In this document: one piece after another, positions 29,484 through 39,481 of the stretch
Layout: the number at the start of each line of letters is the position of its first letter
How positions within the stretch are numbered: the stretch's first letter is position 1
Assembly: GCA_913019935.1 (NCBI GenBank)
Contig: CAJVZC010000004.1
Span: forward strand, 108-64,107
Source: an uncultured Methylococcales bacterium
GTDB taxonomy: Bacteria > Pseudomonadota > Gammaproteobacteria > Methylococcales > Methylomonadaceae
Length of the DNA stretch: 64,000 nt
Reading direction: 5' to 3'
The notes under the pieces: model-generated
What the model was told of the DNA's origin: nothing
What the model saw: the letters and a program-made list of their open reading frames with translations, nothing else
Database searches by the model: none
Program-made: the position numbers and the translations under genes

Positions 29484-29835
29484 CTTGTTCCCTTACCTGA
29501 TTAAGACCTTGATCCTGCCATTTATTTTCATTTTCACACACCACGGTGTCAGAATTCTGTCGTGGCGGCAGGACTTCATTCACCACTCTTTTTTTCATTT
29601 CATGGGTGATAATAGCCCCGCGCGACTCAAAAAAAGTATAATCCTCATCGTATTCATTCAACCCATCAAGAATAGAAAATTCTTTCTTTTGTAACACTTG
29701 TTTAAGAACAACGTCTGTTAGCTCTTCTTTAATCGAAAGCTCATCTTCAAGCCATAAATCTTGAGACTGTCTTAATTTTGATTGATCTGATGACCTAAGT
29801 TTCCCTGGCCAAAAATAACGTAAATATCGAATCAT
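29464..29835 (-). CDS. hypothetical acidic protein (possibly DUF3306-like)
   Basis: First gene of the overlapping chain. DGLNEYDEDYTFF resembles the conserved C-terminal patch of DUF3306 proteins, which accompany ferredoxin/TorD genes. This family call is from memory only. Confidence 0.5.
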   Translation of the reverse strand: MIRYLRYFWPGKLRSSDQSKLRQSQDLWLEDELSIKEELTDVVLKQVLQKKEFSILDGLNEYDEDYTFFESRGAIITHEMKKRVVNEVLPPRQNSDTVVCENENKWQDQGLNQVREQDDQQSG

Positions 29836-29961
29836 ACTTTTACGATGCTAAAACATAAAAGGATTATTAAACAACAAAACAAAGCCCTCAAGCAATGCCC
29901 GAGCCTCTCAATATTAAAATAAAATTGTCTCCAATCAAGAACCAACTATTGTTTAAGCGTC

Positions 29962-29985
29962 ACTGCGATAAATTTTCTTCGCAGT
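29962..29985 (+). promoter_or_regulatory. hairpin in the comEA leader
   Basis: ACTGCGA taaattttct TCGCAGT followed by ATTTT, about 34 nt before the comEA ATG. Confidence 0.3.
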
Positions 29986-30018
29986 ATTTTAATACCTTAA
30001 TATTTAAGGAGCTTGAAC

Positions 30019-30273
30019 ATGATCAAATATTTTTTTTTGCTACTATTTTTTTCAATCACACTACATGCAGAGCCGATAAACATAAACACATCCAGTGCAA
30101 CTGAAATCGCCAACGCTCTAAATGGTGTCGGATTAAAAAAAGCTAACGCTATTATTGATTTACGAGAAAAAAACGGCCCTTTTTCATCCCTTAATGAATT
30201 AACTCAAGTTAAAGGTATTGGTCCAAAAATACTGGACAAAAATCAACACAATATTAACTTTTCCAACCCCTAA
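30019..30273 (+). CDS. comEA: ComEA-like periplasmic helix-hairpin-helix DNA-binding protein
   Basis: AAGGAG RBS 7 nt before ATG 30019. Signal peptide MIKYFFLLLFFSITLHA. HhH segment LTQVKGIGPK. Confidence 0.88.
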   Translation: MIKYFFLLLFFSITLHAEPININTSSATEIANALNGVGLKKANAIIDLREKNGPFSSLNELTQVKGIGPKILDKNQHNINFSNP

Positions 30274-30317
30274 AACGCTAAGTTATCTTTCTTGAACAAA
30301 TACATTCTATTAATCAT

Positions 30318-30350
30318 AAAAAAACCCTATTACTGAAATCAGTAATAGGG
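30318..30350 (-). terminator. strong rho-independent terminator oriented for the minus strand
   Basis: CCCTATTACTG aaat CAGTAATAGGG forms an 11-bp perfect stem (30325-30350). Seven T residues follow on the minus strand (A run at 30318-30324 on plus). Confidence 0.8.
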
Positions 30351-30419
30351 TCAAAAGGGAATATTAATAATCTATTTTTGGAGGAGGGGATTACCAATAC
30401 TTAAACAACTTGTAAAATC

Positions 30420-30566
30420 TTAAGCCACTTTTCTTCGTGCTAACAAAGCCATTAAACTACTGCTTACAAACGAAACCATCGAGAATTCATACTGACCTGA
30501 CATAAAGCTACAAAGTCCAAAAACAAATACCGCTGCAATTACAAAATCTTTTCTTAAGTCAGACAC
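30420..30566 (-). CDS. unannotated 48-aa hydrophobic small ORF (could instead be part of an sRNA)
   Basis: Manual translation from a GTG start: (M)SDLRKDFVIAAVFVFGLCSFMSGQYEFSMVSFVSSSLMALLARRKVA. An AGAGGA RBS lies 7 nt upstream. A TATAAT box (complement of 30650-30655) lies upstream, and the strong terminator at 30318-30350 lies downstream. Confidence 0.4.
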   Translation of the reverse strand: MSDLRKDFVIAAVFVFGLCSFMSGQYEFSMVSFVSSSLMALLARRKVA

Positions 30567-30722
30567 AACAAATCCTCTATAAAATCATTAAATTAAAAAA
30601 AATCACTACAAAACAATTATTTGGCGTCCTTGTAGTGTTGATGGCGATCATTATACAATGCTCCAAATAAATAACAATTACCTAAATTATTAATTAATTA
30701 TTTCTTATAAGGAAACAATTGG

Positions 30723-31634
30723 GTGGATAAATTAACCAGCATGAATGTTTTTGTCCGCGTGGCACACAACGGCAGTTTTGTCGGCGGTGCTCGTGACCTA
30801 TCCATTTCTAGAGCCATGACAACCAAACACATCATGGATTTGGAAAAGAAACTCGGCGTACGTTTATTTAATAGAACAACGCGACAGTTAAGCCTCACTG
30901 AAATTGGCTCCGCTTACCTTGACCGCTGCCAACAAGTATTATCCGATATCAATGAAATGGAGGCCTCTGTTTCCCATATGCATACCGAACCGCAAGGCAC
31001 GCTCCGCCTCAGTGCACCGACCGTTTTCGGGACCTCATATATAACCCCTGCATTATCTGAATTTATTGAATTACACCCAAAGTTAGACATTGACCTTATT
31101 TTACAAAGTAACCCCAACAACTTAATTGATAGCGGTATTGATATCGCTATTTTTCTCGGCGCACTAGAAAACAGCAATTTTATTGCCCGTAAACTGGCAA
31201 GCTATGATCTTGTCGTATGCGGCTCACCCCGCTATTTTAAAAAACGAGGGACACCCCAAGAACCCCATGACCTTAAAGAACACAATTGCCTAATCAACTT
31301 AGCCATGCCGCCCTATGAACAATGGAAATTTCATCAAGGTCAGAGTAAAATCGCTATAAAAGCATCCGGAAATTTCCAAGCCAATATTGCCGACCCTATT
31401 CGCATTGCCTCTATCCAAGGTGCCGGCATCGTTATGCTTCCCAGTTATATGGTTAACGACGATATAAAAAAGGGACGACTCCAAGCTATTCTGACTCATT
31501 ATTCACTGCCCCCACTGGAAGTTAATGCCGTTTATCCTCATCGTAAATATTTATCCGCCAAAGTCAGTGATTTCTTAATCTTTTTACAAGAATGGTTAAC
31601 GCCACTCGGGACCATAAATAATGACTACATCTAA
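30723..31634 (+). CDS. LysR-family transcriptional regulator
   Basis: GTG start. The N-terminal wHTH MDKLTSMNVFVRVAHNGSF..RQLSLTEIG is typical of LTTRs. Confidence 0.92.
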   Translation: MDKLTSMNVFVRVAHNGSFVGGARDLSISRAMTTKHIMDLEKKLGVRLFNRTTRQLSLTEIGSAYLDRCQQVLSDINEMEASVSHMHTEPQGTLRLSAPTVFGTSYITPALSEFIELHPKLDIDLILQSNPNNLIDSGIDIAIFLGALENSNFIARKLASYDLVVCGSPRYFKKRGTPQEPHDLKEHNCLINLAMPPYEQWKFHQGQSKIAIKASGNFQANIADPIRIASIQGAGIVMLPSYMVNDDIKKGRLQAILTHYSLPPLEVNAVYPHRKYLSAKVSDFLIFLQEWLTPLGTINNDYI

Positions 31635-32199
31635 TAAAAACAAATGGGATCTACGCTATCTTCATGCAGATCATGTACAATACCCAGTTGCCGAAATATT
31701 AAGCGAAAATGCCTTTTTATTGCCTAAAACAGGTAAGGCCTTAGATTTAGCGTGTGGCATGGGCGCGAATGCCCTTTTTTTAGCTCATCACGGGTTGGTA
31801 ACTGATGCTTGGGATAGCTCAGATGTTGCAATTAAAAAACTAAACGTGTTTGCCAACGGTAAAAAATTACCGCTTACGCCTAAAGTGCTAGACATTAAAC
31901 CGGTCCATTTAAAGGCCGCTTCTTATGATGTCATTGTTATAAGCAAATTCTTAGACCGTGATCTCTGTGCGAAAATAACAGATAGCCTTAAACCCGGTGG
32001 GTTAATATTTTACCAAACATTCACGCAGGAAAAGACCACCTTACAAGGTCCCAATAATCCTGATTTTTTGTTAGCTAAAAAAGAATTACTAAATTTATTT
32101 AGTCGCTTAAACGTTGTTTATTACCGTGAAAACGGAAAACTGGGTAATATTGCCAAAGGCATTAGAAACCAAGCTCTTTTTATAGGTCAAAAACCATAA
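31621..32199 (+). CDS. class I SAM-dependent methyltransferase (TehB-like)
   Basis: SAM motif I is ALDLACGMGANALFLA. About 190 aa. Overlaps the lysR end by 14 nt. Confidence 0.8.
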   Translation: MTTSNKNKWDLRYLHADHVQYPVAEILSENAFLLPKTGKALDLACGMGANALFLAHHGLVTDAWDSSDVAIKKLNVFANGKKLPLTPKVLDIKPVHLKAASYDVIVISKFLDRDLCAKITDSLKPGGLIFYQTFTQEKTTLQGPNNPDFLLAKKELLNLFSRLNVVYYRENGKLGNIAKGIRNQALFIGQKP

Positions 32200-32201
32200 T
32201 T

Positions 32202-32594
32202 ATGATTGTACATAAAAACCCATTAGAAGCATGGGACTTCATGCAAAGCAACCCTGAAGCTATTCTCATTGACGTGCGCACCAAAGTGGAGTTTTCTTTT
32301 ATTGGTCATCCGATTAATGCTATCCATATCCCATGGAAAGAGGCGCCCGAGTGGCAAGTAAACCCCCTTTTTATTGCTACCGCACAACAACATATTAATG
32401 ATAAAGCAACGCCCGTTTTATTACTTTGTCGCAGTGGCGCTCGCTCATTAGCCGCTGCCAACGCACTTCTAGACAACGGGTACCATAACTTAATTAACAT
32501 TAGCGAAGGTTTTGAGGGTGACTTAGATGCTCAAAAACACCGAGGAAATCTAAGCGGCTGGCGTTACCACAACCTCCCTTGGGAACAAACATAA
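32202..32594 (+). CDS. single-domain rhodanese-like sulfurtransferase
   Basis: Active-site loop CRSGARS. Starts 2 nt after the methyltransferase stop. Confidence 0.85.
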   Translation: MIVHKNPLEAWDFMQSNPEAILIDVRTKVEFSFIGHPINAIHIPWKEAPEWQVNPLFIATAQQHINDKATPVLLLCRSGARSLAAANALLDNGYHNLINISEGFEGDLDAQKHRGNLSGWRYHNLPWEQT

Positions 32595-32637
32595 ATCCCT
32601 TACCATTCATTTACTCAAAAATTTAGGCCTATAAGAC

Positions 32638-34443
32638 GTGATAGAAAAAATTAGAAATATTGCCATTATTGCTCATGTCGATCATGGTAAAACCACACTG
32701 GTTGACAAACTCCTTCAACAATCCGGTACTTTTGCCAGTCATGAGCATACCGATGAACGGATGATGGACTCCAATGATCTTGAAAAAGAACGCGGCATTA
32801 CCATTCTGGCAAAGAACACCGCGTTAACATGGAATGATTACCATATCAATATTGTAGATACCCCAGGCCATGCTGATTTTGGGGGTGAAGTAGAACGTGT
32901 ACTCTCCATGGTTGATTCTGTTTTATTGTTAGTTGATGCTGTTGACGGCCCCATGCCTCAAACGCGTTTTGTAACTAAAAAAGCTTTTGCACTTGGGCTT
33001 AACCCCATTGTTGTCATCAATAAAATTGACCGTCCTGGTGCACGCCCTGATTGGGTTCTTGATCAAACCTTTGATCTCTTTGACAACCTAGGCGGTACCG
33101 ATGAGCAATTAGATTTCCCCGTTGTTTATGCTTCGGCATTAAATGGTTACGCCAGCTTAGAAGATGATGTTCGAGACGGTGATATGACACCCTTATTTGA
33201 AACTGTTGTCGACAAAGTCAATCCCCCTCCTGTGGATATAAACGCACCCTTTCAACTACAAGTTATTAGTTTAGATTACAACTCTTATGTGGGCGTTATT
33301 GGTATTGGACGGATTCAAAAAGGCACGGTTAAACGTAATATGCCTCTCACACTTATCAATAGTGATGGCACAACACGCAGTGGACGCATGTTAAAAATTT
33401 ATGGCTTCCATGGGCTTGACCGTGTTGAAGTTGAATCTGCACAAGCCGGTGATATTATTGCCTTCTGTGGTATTGAAAAATTACAAATATCAGAAACGCT
33501 ATGCGACCCTGAAAACGTAGAAGCTTTACCTGCATTATCTATTGATGAGCCTACGGTCAGCATGACTTTTCAAGTCAACAACTCTCCTTTTGCTGGCAAA
33601 GAGGGTAAATTCATAACCACGCGTCAAATTCGTGACCGGTTAGATAAAGAATTACAACACAACGTTGCTTTGCGTGTTGAAGCAACAGATGACCCAGACA
33701 AATTTAAAGTTTCCGGCCGTGGTGAACTGCACTTATCGGTATTAATTGAAAACATGCGGCGCGAAGGATTTGAAATGGGGGTCTCCCGCCCAGAAGTCAT
33801 TATCAAAGAAATTAATGGCATTAAATCTGAGCCGTTTGAATATGTCACCATTGAGGTTGAAGAAGATCACCAAGGTACCATTATGGAAAAACTAGGTGAT
33901 CGAAAAGGCGACCTTAAAGACATGGTTCCTGATGGCAAAGGTCGTATTCGTTTAGAATACATTGTTCCCTCTCGTGGTTTACTCGGTTTTCAAACTGAAT
34001 TTTTAACCGCCACCTCGGGTTCAGGTTTGTTCTATCATGTATTTGACCACTACGGACCCGTTAAAGAAGGTGCTGTTGGCCTACGTAACCGTGGCGTCTT
34101 AGTTTCAATGGCTAAAGGAAAAGCGGTTGATTATTCATTATTCCCACTACAAGCTCGTGGTGAATTATTGGTTGTTAATGGCGACGAAATCTACGAAGGG
34201 ATGCTCGTTGGTATCCATTCTCGCAATAGTGATTTAACAGTAAACCCAACCAAACCAAAGCCACTAACCAATGTACGCGCATCGGGAACCGATGAGAGTC
34301 TAACCTGTGCACGCATTCAGAAAATGACTTTGGAGCAAGCATTAGAGTTCATTAGCGATGATGAATTGGTAGAGGTAACCCCTGACTCTATTCGTTTACG
34401 CAAAATCTTATTAAAAGAAATTGACCGTAAACGTGCAAAATAA
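32638..34443 (+). CDS. typA: translational GTPase TypA/BipA
   Basis: GTG start. [32 protein letters not shown] is near-identical to the E. coli BipA N-terminus. Confidence 0.96.
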   Translation: MIEKIRNIAIIAHVDHGKTTLVDKLLQQSGTFASHEHTDERMMDSNDLEKERGITILAKNTALTWNDYHINIVDTPGHADFGGEVERVLSMVDSVLLLVDAVDGPMPQTRFVTKKAFALGLNPIVVINKIDRPGARPDWVLDQTFDLFDNLGGTDEQLDFPVVYASALNGYASLEDDVRDGDMTPLFETVVDKVNPPPVDINAPFQLQVISLDYNSYVGVIGIGRIQKGTVKRNMPLTLINSDGTTRSGRMLKIYGFHGLDRVEVESAQAGDIIAFCGIEKLQISETLCDPENVEALPALSIDEPTVSMTFQVNNSPFAGKEGKFITTRQIRDRLDKELQHNVALRVEATDDPDKFKVSGRGELHLSVLIENMRREGFEMGVSRPEVIIKEINGIKSEPFEYVTIEVEEDHQGTIMEKLGDRKGDLKDMVPDGKGRIRLEYIVPSRGLLGFQTEFLTATSGSGLFYHVFDHYGPVKEGAVGLRNRGVLVSMAKGKAVDYSLFPLQARGELLVVNGDEIYEGMLVGIHSRNSDLTVNPTKPKPLTNVRASGTDESLTCARIQKMTLEQALEFISDDELVEVTPDSIRLRKILLKEIDRKRAK

Positions 34444-34502
34444 AATTTAAAAAGGGCGCATAACCGTTAATTTACTCAACGCCTAAAATTACTCATCCCC
34501 AT

Positions 34503-34545
34503 AAACCAACCCCGACCCAAATTAACACGGGTTGGTTTTATTTAA
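34503..34545 (+). terminator. rho-independent terminator after typA
   Basis: AAACCAACCC ... GGGTTGGTTT forms a 10-bp stem, followed by TATTT. Confidence 0.55.
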
Positions 34546-34637
34546 AAACAAAGCATAAAAAATTGAATCGTTTTTGTTTTACGTGATTTGGCTTAATTAT
34601 AGTAAAATGATTTAATTAAAATTAAATCAGACTTGCC

Positions 34638-35231
34638 ATGAATCAACGTATTGCTGAAGTTGAGCGAAATACGCTCGAAACACAAATAAAAACGACCATT
34701 AACTTAGACGGCAGCGGTCAATTTAACGCGACTACTGGAGTGCCTTTTCTGGAACATATGTTAGAGCAAATTAGTCGACATGGTCTGATTGATATTGCTC
34801 TCATTGCCAAAGGAGACCTACATATCGACGCCCATCATACGGTAGAAGATATTGGCATTACTTTAGGACAAGCATTCAACAAAGCGCTGGGCGATAAAAA
34901 AGGAATCACCCGTTATGGGCATAGCTACGTTCCACTTGATGAAGCACTGTCTCGTGTAGTTATCGATTTTTCAGGCCGACCTAGCCTTATTTACCACGCC
35001 GAATACCCACGGCGTACTATCGGGAATTTTGATACTGACTTATTTAAAGAGTTTTTCCAAGGTTTTGTTAATCACGCTAATGTTTCGTTACATATCGACA
35101 ACTTGCGCGGTGGCAACTCTCATCATATTGCCGAAACGATCTTTAAAGCCTTTGGCAAAGCAATTCGCATGGCTGTTACTGCTGACCCAAGAATGCAGGG
35201 CGTCACACCTTCGACCAAAGGGCTACTTTAA
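34638..35231 (+). CDS. hisB: imidazoleglycerol-phosphate dehydratase (monofunctional)
   Basis: 197 aa with no phosphatase domain. IGPD motifs [12 protein letters not shown] and [17 protein letters not shown]. Confidence 0.95.
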   Translation: MNQRIAEVERNTLETQIKTTINLDGSGQFNATTGVPFLEHMLEQISRHGLIDIALIAKGDLHIDAHHTVEDIGITLGQAFNKALGDKKGITRYGHSYVPLDEALSRVVIDFSGRPSLIYHAEYPRRTIGNFDTDLFKEFFQGFVNHANVSLHIDNLRGGNSHHIAETIFKAFGKAIRMAVTADPRMQGVTPSTKGLL

Positions 35232-35250
35232 TTAACTAACAGATAAAATT

Positions 35251-35898
35251 ATGCCTTCCGTTGCTGTAATTGATTATGGAATGGGAAACCTCCATTCCAT
35301 CTCAAAAGCATTACAATATGCTGAACCCGACGTTAATATTTTTTTAACCTCCGATGCCGACACCATTTTGGCTGCCGACCGAATTGTCTTTCCTGGAGTA
35401 GGCGGCATTCGTGACTGTATTCAGGCTTTAGAAAAACATCACCTCAAAACTGTCATTAACGAAGTAGCTACAACCAAACCTTTTCTGGGTATTTGTTTAG
35501 GTATGCAAGCTTTACTCAGTAACAGTGAAGAAAATGAGGGCATTGATTGTTTAAATATTATTCCCGGTCACGTTCACCGTTTTGCAAAAAACATGACAGA
35601 CGCACAAGGTGACAAATTAAAAATCCCTCACATGGGGTGGAATAATGTCAATCAAGAAAATAAAAACCACCCGCTATGGAAAAAAATTCCGCAACACAGT
35701 CGTTTTTATTTTGTTCATAGTTACTATGTCAATCCAGATGAGCCTCATGTTAGCGCCGCCACAACGGATTATCCTGAGGCTTTTAGTTGTGCCTTAAAAT
35801 ACAAAAATATTTTTGCCGTACAGTTTCACCCAGAAAAAAGTCAAACTGTAGGTATACAACTGCTACAAAATTTTTTACATTGGGACGGAACCAATTAA
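35251..35898 (+). CDS. hisH: imidazole glycerol phosphate synthase, glutaminase subunit
   Basis: GATase motifs GICLGMQ and QFHPEKS. Confidence 0.95.
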   Translation: MPSVAVIDYGMGNLHSISKALQYAEPDVNIFLTSDADTILAADRIVFPGVGGIRDCIQALEKHHLKTVINEVATTKPFLGICLGMQALLSNSEENEGIDCLNIIPGHVHRFAKNMTDAQGDKLKIPHMGWNNVNQENKNHPLWKKIPQHSRFYFVHSYYVNPDEPHVSAATTDYPEAFSCALKYKNIFAVQFHPEKSQTVGIQLLQNFLHWDGTN

Positions 35899-35943
35899 AT
35901 CCATTAGGACTTTTCATTCGATTAAATAATTAAGGCTTATTCT

Positions 35944-36687
35944 ATGTTATTAATTCCCGCTATAGATCTAAAAGATGGAAAATGTGTTCGTTTGCGCCAA
36001 GGCCGAATGGAAGACGATACTGTATTTTCTGATGACCCTCTTGCAGTTGCTGAAAAATGGGTTAATGCCGGCGCTGAACGCCTACACTTAGTCGATTTAG
36101 ATGGTGCTTTTGCAGGTAAACCTAAAAATGCACCTATTATTCAAGCTATTAGTAGCGCTTTCCCCAATGTTCCTATTCAAGTTGGTGGTGGTATTCGGGA
36201 TGAAGATACCATCCAATCGTATTTAAATGCCGGTGTAAGTTATGTCATCATTGGCACAAAAGCTGTTAGCGCACCCCACTTTGTCAATGATATTGCTATT
36301 GAGTTTCCTGGCCATATCATTATTGGTTTAGATGCCAAAGACGGTAAAGTCGCTATTGATGGTTGGTCCAAACTTTCCAATCATGATGTTATTGATATGG
36401 CTCAACGATTTGAGTCTGATGGTGTTGATTCTATTATTTACACCGATATTTCACGTGATGGAATGATGAGCGGCGTTAATATAGAAGCCACAGCCAAATT
36501 GGCGCAAGCCATTACCATCCCTGTTATCGCCTCGGGTGGTATTACTAATTTAGACGATATAACCGCCTTAGGGGCGATTGTTAATGATGGTGTCAGTGGC
36601 GCCATTACCGGCCGCGCTATTTATGAGGGAAGTCTTGATTTTGCTGAAGGTGCTAAATTAGCACGTTCATTTAAAGCGGTGTTATGA
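35944..36687 (+). CDS. hisA: ProFAR isomerase
   Basis: [17 protein letters not shown] and GGGIRD motifs. Confidence 0.95.
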   Translation: MLLIPAIDLKDGKCVRLRQGRMEDDTVFSDDPLAVAEKWVNAGAERLHLVDLDGAFAGKPKNAPIIQAISSAFPNVPIQVGGGIRDEDTIQSYLNAGVSYVIIGTKAVSAPHFVNDIAIEFPGHIIIGLDAKDGKVAIDGWSKLSNHDVIDMAQRFESDGVDSIIYTDISRDGMMSGVNIEATAKLAQAITIPVIASGGITNLDDITALGAIVNDGVSGAITGRAIYEGSLDFAEGAKLARSFKAVL

Positions 36688-37457
36688 GCCTCGCTAAACG
36701 AATCATTCCTTGTCTAGATGTTGATAATGGCCGTGTCGTTAAAGGTGTCAATTTCGTTAATATTAGAGATGCCGGTGATCCCGTTGAAATTGCTAAACGC
36801 TATGACCGTGAAGGCGCTGATGAAATAACCTTTCTTGATATCACCGCGAGCTCAGACAATAGAGCAACAATGGTTCATGTTGTTGAGCAAGTTGCCAACT
36901 CTGTTTTCATTCCCTTAACGGTGGGTGGCGGCATTAGGTCTCTCGAAGATATTAGCCGCATGTTAAATGCCGGTGCCGACAAAGTTGGCATCAATACAGC
37001 CGCTGTTTTTACACCTGAATTTGTCCGTGAAGCAGCCTTACGGTTCGGTTCCCAATGTATTGTCGTTGCTATAGATGCTAAAAAAGTGAGCACCCCACAA
37101 GAGCCTGATCGTTGGGAAATATTTACTCACGGTGGTCGAAAAAAAACTGGCCTTGATGCTGTTTTATGGGCACAAAAAATGGTTGATCTTGGGGCCGGTG
37201 AGATTCTATTAACCAGCATGGATCGTGACGGTACCCGAGAAGGTTTTGACTTACCACTAACACGTGCTATCAGTGAAGCCGTTTCTGTTCCTGTTATTGC
37301 CTCTGGCGGTGTTGGCAATCTTGAACATTTAGTTAAAGGTGTAACCGAAGGCAAAGCCGATGCTGTTCTAGCGGCCAGTATTTTTCATTTTGGTGACTAC
37401 TCGATTCAACAAGCCAAACAATGCATGGCTGATAATGACATTGTTGTACGCTTATGA
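36684..37457 (+). CDS. hisF: imidazole glycerol phosphate synthase, cyclase subunit
   Basis: RIIPCLDV and TVGGGIRS motifs. ATGA overlap with hisA. Confidence 0.96.
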   Translation: MSLAKRIIPCLDVDNGRVVKGVNFVNIRDAGDPVEIAKRYDREGADEITFLDITASSDNRATMVHVVEQVANSVFIPLTVGGGIRSLEDISRMLNAGADKVGINTAAVFTPEFVREAALRFGSQCIVVAIDAKKVSTPQEPDRWEIFTHGGRKKTGLDAVLWAQKMVDLGAGEILLTSMDRDGTREGFDLPLTRAISEAVSVPVIASGGVGNLEHLVKGVTEGKADAVLAASIFHFGDYSIQQAKQCMADNDIVVRL

Positions 37458-37855
37458 CAAACACTCCTAATTGGCTCGAAGAAATACGCTGGTCCCGTGA
37501 CGACTTAGTTCCTGTGATTGCGCAACAAGCAGAAACCGGTAAAGTATTAATGTTTGCTTGGATGAACCGTGATGCTTTAAATCTTAGCGCCACAACAGGT
37601 TATGCTGTGTATTGGTCTCGGTCACGTCAAAAATTATGGCGTAAAGGGGAAGAATCTGGTCATCGTCAAAAGATTATTGATATCTTATTTGATTGCGATG
37701 AGGATGTTATTCTATTAAAAATAGAACAAGAGGGCGGAATTGCTTGTCATACTGGCAGAGAAAGCTGTTTTTACCGCCGCCTAAAAAACTTACAATGGAC
37801 TTCTTTTGAGCCTGTTTTAAAAAACCCCAACCTGATCTATAAAAAAAATGAGTGA
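37454..37855 (+). CDS. hisI: phosphoribosyl-AMP cyclohydrolase
   Basis: LVPVIAQQ..., [17 protein letters not shown] and CHTG motifs. A separate gene, not fused to hisE. Confidence 0.93.
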   Translation: MTNTPNWLEEIRWSRDDLVPVIAQQAETGKVLMFAWMNRDALNLSATTGYAVYWSRSRQKLWRKGEESGHRQKIIDILFDCDEDVILLKIEQEGGIACHTGRESCFYRRLKNLQWTSFEPVLKNPNLIYKKNE

Positions 37856-38171
37856 TACATTATTAAAATTAGCTGATATTCTTGAGCAACGTAAAAATGA
37901 ATCGGCTGATAAGTCCTACGTTGCGAGTCTATACCATAAAGGGTTAGATACTATTTTAAAAAAAATAGGGGAAGAATCGGCTGAAACGATCATTGCCGCT
38001 AAAGGTGGCGACAAAGAACAAATCATTTATGAAACCGCCGACCTTTGGTTTCATTGTATGGTTCTTTTAGCAGACCAAGGACTTAACCCCCAACAAGTTA
38101 TCGACGAATTAGACCGTCGATTTGGCGTTTCTGGTTTAACCGAAAAAGCACAACGAGAAGACAATAAATAA
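37848..38171 (+). CDS. hisE: phosphoribosyl-ATP pyrophosphatase
   Basis: [15 protein letters not shown] and ETADLWFH motifs. Confidence 0.93.
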   Translation: MSDTLLKLADILEQRKNESADKSYVASLYHKGLDTILKKIGEESAETIIAAKGGDKEQIIYETADLWFHCMVLLADQGLNPQQVIDELDRRFGVSGLTEKAQREDNK

Positions 38172-38213
38172 ATCTTCTAATCTATTTTACTGGATTTATC
38201 ACAGGAAAAAATT

Positions 38214-38432
38214 ATGGGTATAAGTATTTGGCAGTTATTAATTATTTTAGTCATCGTAATCTTACTCTTTGGCACCAAAAGACTACGTTCATTAGGAACT
38301 GATTTAGGTGGCGCTATAAAAAGTTTTCGTTCTGCTGTTAAAGAAGGTGAGGACGATGACCAGCCGCAAGCAGACAGTGACGATCAAAATATTGAAACTG
38401 AAGTCAAACCACCCAACAAAGACAAGCATTAA
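38214..38432 (+). CDS. tatA: twin-arginine translocase TatA
   Basis: [24 protein letters not shown]. Confidence 0.93.
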   Translation: MGISIWQLLIILVIVILLFGTKRLRSLGTDLGGAIKSFRSAVKEGEDDDQPQADSDDQNIETEVKPPNKDKH

Positions 38433-38443
38433 TTCCCTTTATT

Positions 38444-38722
38444 ATGTTTGATATCGGTTTTTGGGAACTGTGTTTGGTTGGATTAATCAGTCTTTTAGTT
38501 ATTGGTCCACAACAGTTACCCAAAATTGCGCGCATTATCGGTTTTTGGCTCGGTAAAATAAATCAATTGAGTACGCAAGTTAAAGAAGAATTAAAAGAAG
38601 AATTGCATCAAGAAGAAATTCAGCAATTCTTAAAAAAACAAAATGACTTGATCACCAGCCAAACACCCAAGCCAAACCAAAACACAACTGGACCCCAAAA
38701 TACTCACACCAAAGATGAGTAG
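38444..38722 (+). CDS. tatB: twin-arginine translocase TatB
   Basis: MFDIGFWELCLVGLISLLVIGPQQLP aligns with E. coli TatB. Confidence 0.9.
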   Translation: MFDIGFWELCLVGLISLLVIGPQQLPKIARIIGFWLGKINQLSTQVKEELKEELHQEEIQQFLKKQNDLITSQTPKPNQNTTGPQNTHTKDE

Positions 38723-39476
38723 CCACAATCCTGAATCAGAGGGTTCCGAACAGCCACTGATTGGTCATCTTATTGAATTACGTAATCGTCTCCTACGAAT
38801 TGTAATCAGTATTTTAATTATCTTTATTGGTCTTTCATTTTATGCCAATCAAATATATTCTTTAATCGCTGAGCCTTTAATTCGTTTTTTACCTGAAACA
38901 ACCTCAATGATTGCCATTGATGTCGCTTCTCCATTTCTTACCCCTTTTAAATTAGCGTTGATTTGTGCCATTTTTATTTCAATGCCTATCATCCTTTATC
39001 AGTTTTGGGCTTTTATCGCACCTGGTCTTTATCGTCATGAGCGTCGACTTACTTTACCTTTACTTATTTTTAGCTCCATATTGTTTTATTCGGGTGTAGC
39101 TTTTGCTTACTTTGTTGTATTTCCTCTCGTATTTGAATTTTTAACCATGGCGGCGCCAGCTGGCGTAGAAGTCATGACCGATATATCCAAATATCTCGAC
39201 TTTGTACTCACATTATTTTTTGCTTTTGGTGTCGCTTTTGAGGTACCCATTTTAACCATTATTTTAGTCTGGACGGGGATAAGCACCCCTCAAAGTCTGT
39301 CTGAAAAAAGACCTTATGTGATTGTTGCTGCCTTTGTTATTGGTATGTTCTTAACCCCACCCGATGCCATATCGCAAACCTTGTTAGCAATACCTATATG
39401 GTTATTATTTGAAATAGGATTATTATTATCACGCTTATTGACTAGAAAAAACAAAAAAGAAGAAATACTAAAATAA
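38715..39476 (+). CDS. tatC: twin-arginine translocase TatC
   Basis: PLIGHLIELRNRL followed by six TMs. Confidence 0.95.
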   Translation: MSSHNPESEGSEQPLIGHLIELRNRLLRIVISILIIFIGLSFYANQIYSLIAEPLIRFLPETTSMIAIDVASPFLTPFKLALICAIFISMPIILYQFWAFIAPGLYRHERRLTLPLLIFSSILFYSGVAFAYFVVFPLVFEFLTMAAPAGVEVMTDISKYLDFVLTLFFAFGVAFEVPILTIILVWTGISTPQSLSEKRPYVIVAAFVIGMFLTPPDAISQTLLAIPIWLLFEIGLLLSRLLTRKNKKEEILK

Positions 39477-39481
39477 AGCTT

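Noticed and set aside
34444-34637. A his leader peptide or attenuator upstream of hisB.
   Set aside because: There is no His-codon-rich mini-ORF in the 194-bp spacer. The only hairpin is the typA terminator. The cluster starts at hisB, with hisG, hisD and hisC elsewhere, so classical attenuation is not expected here.
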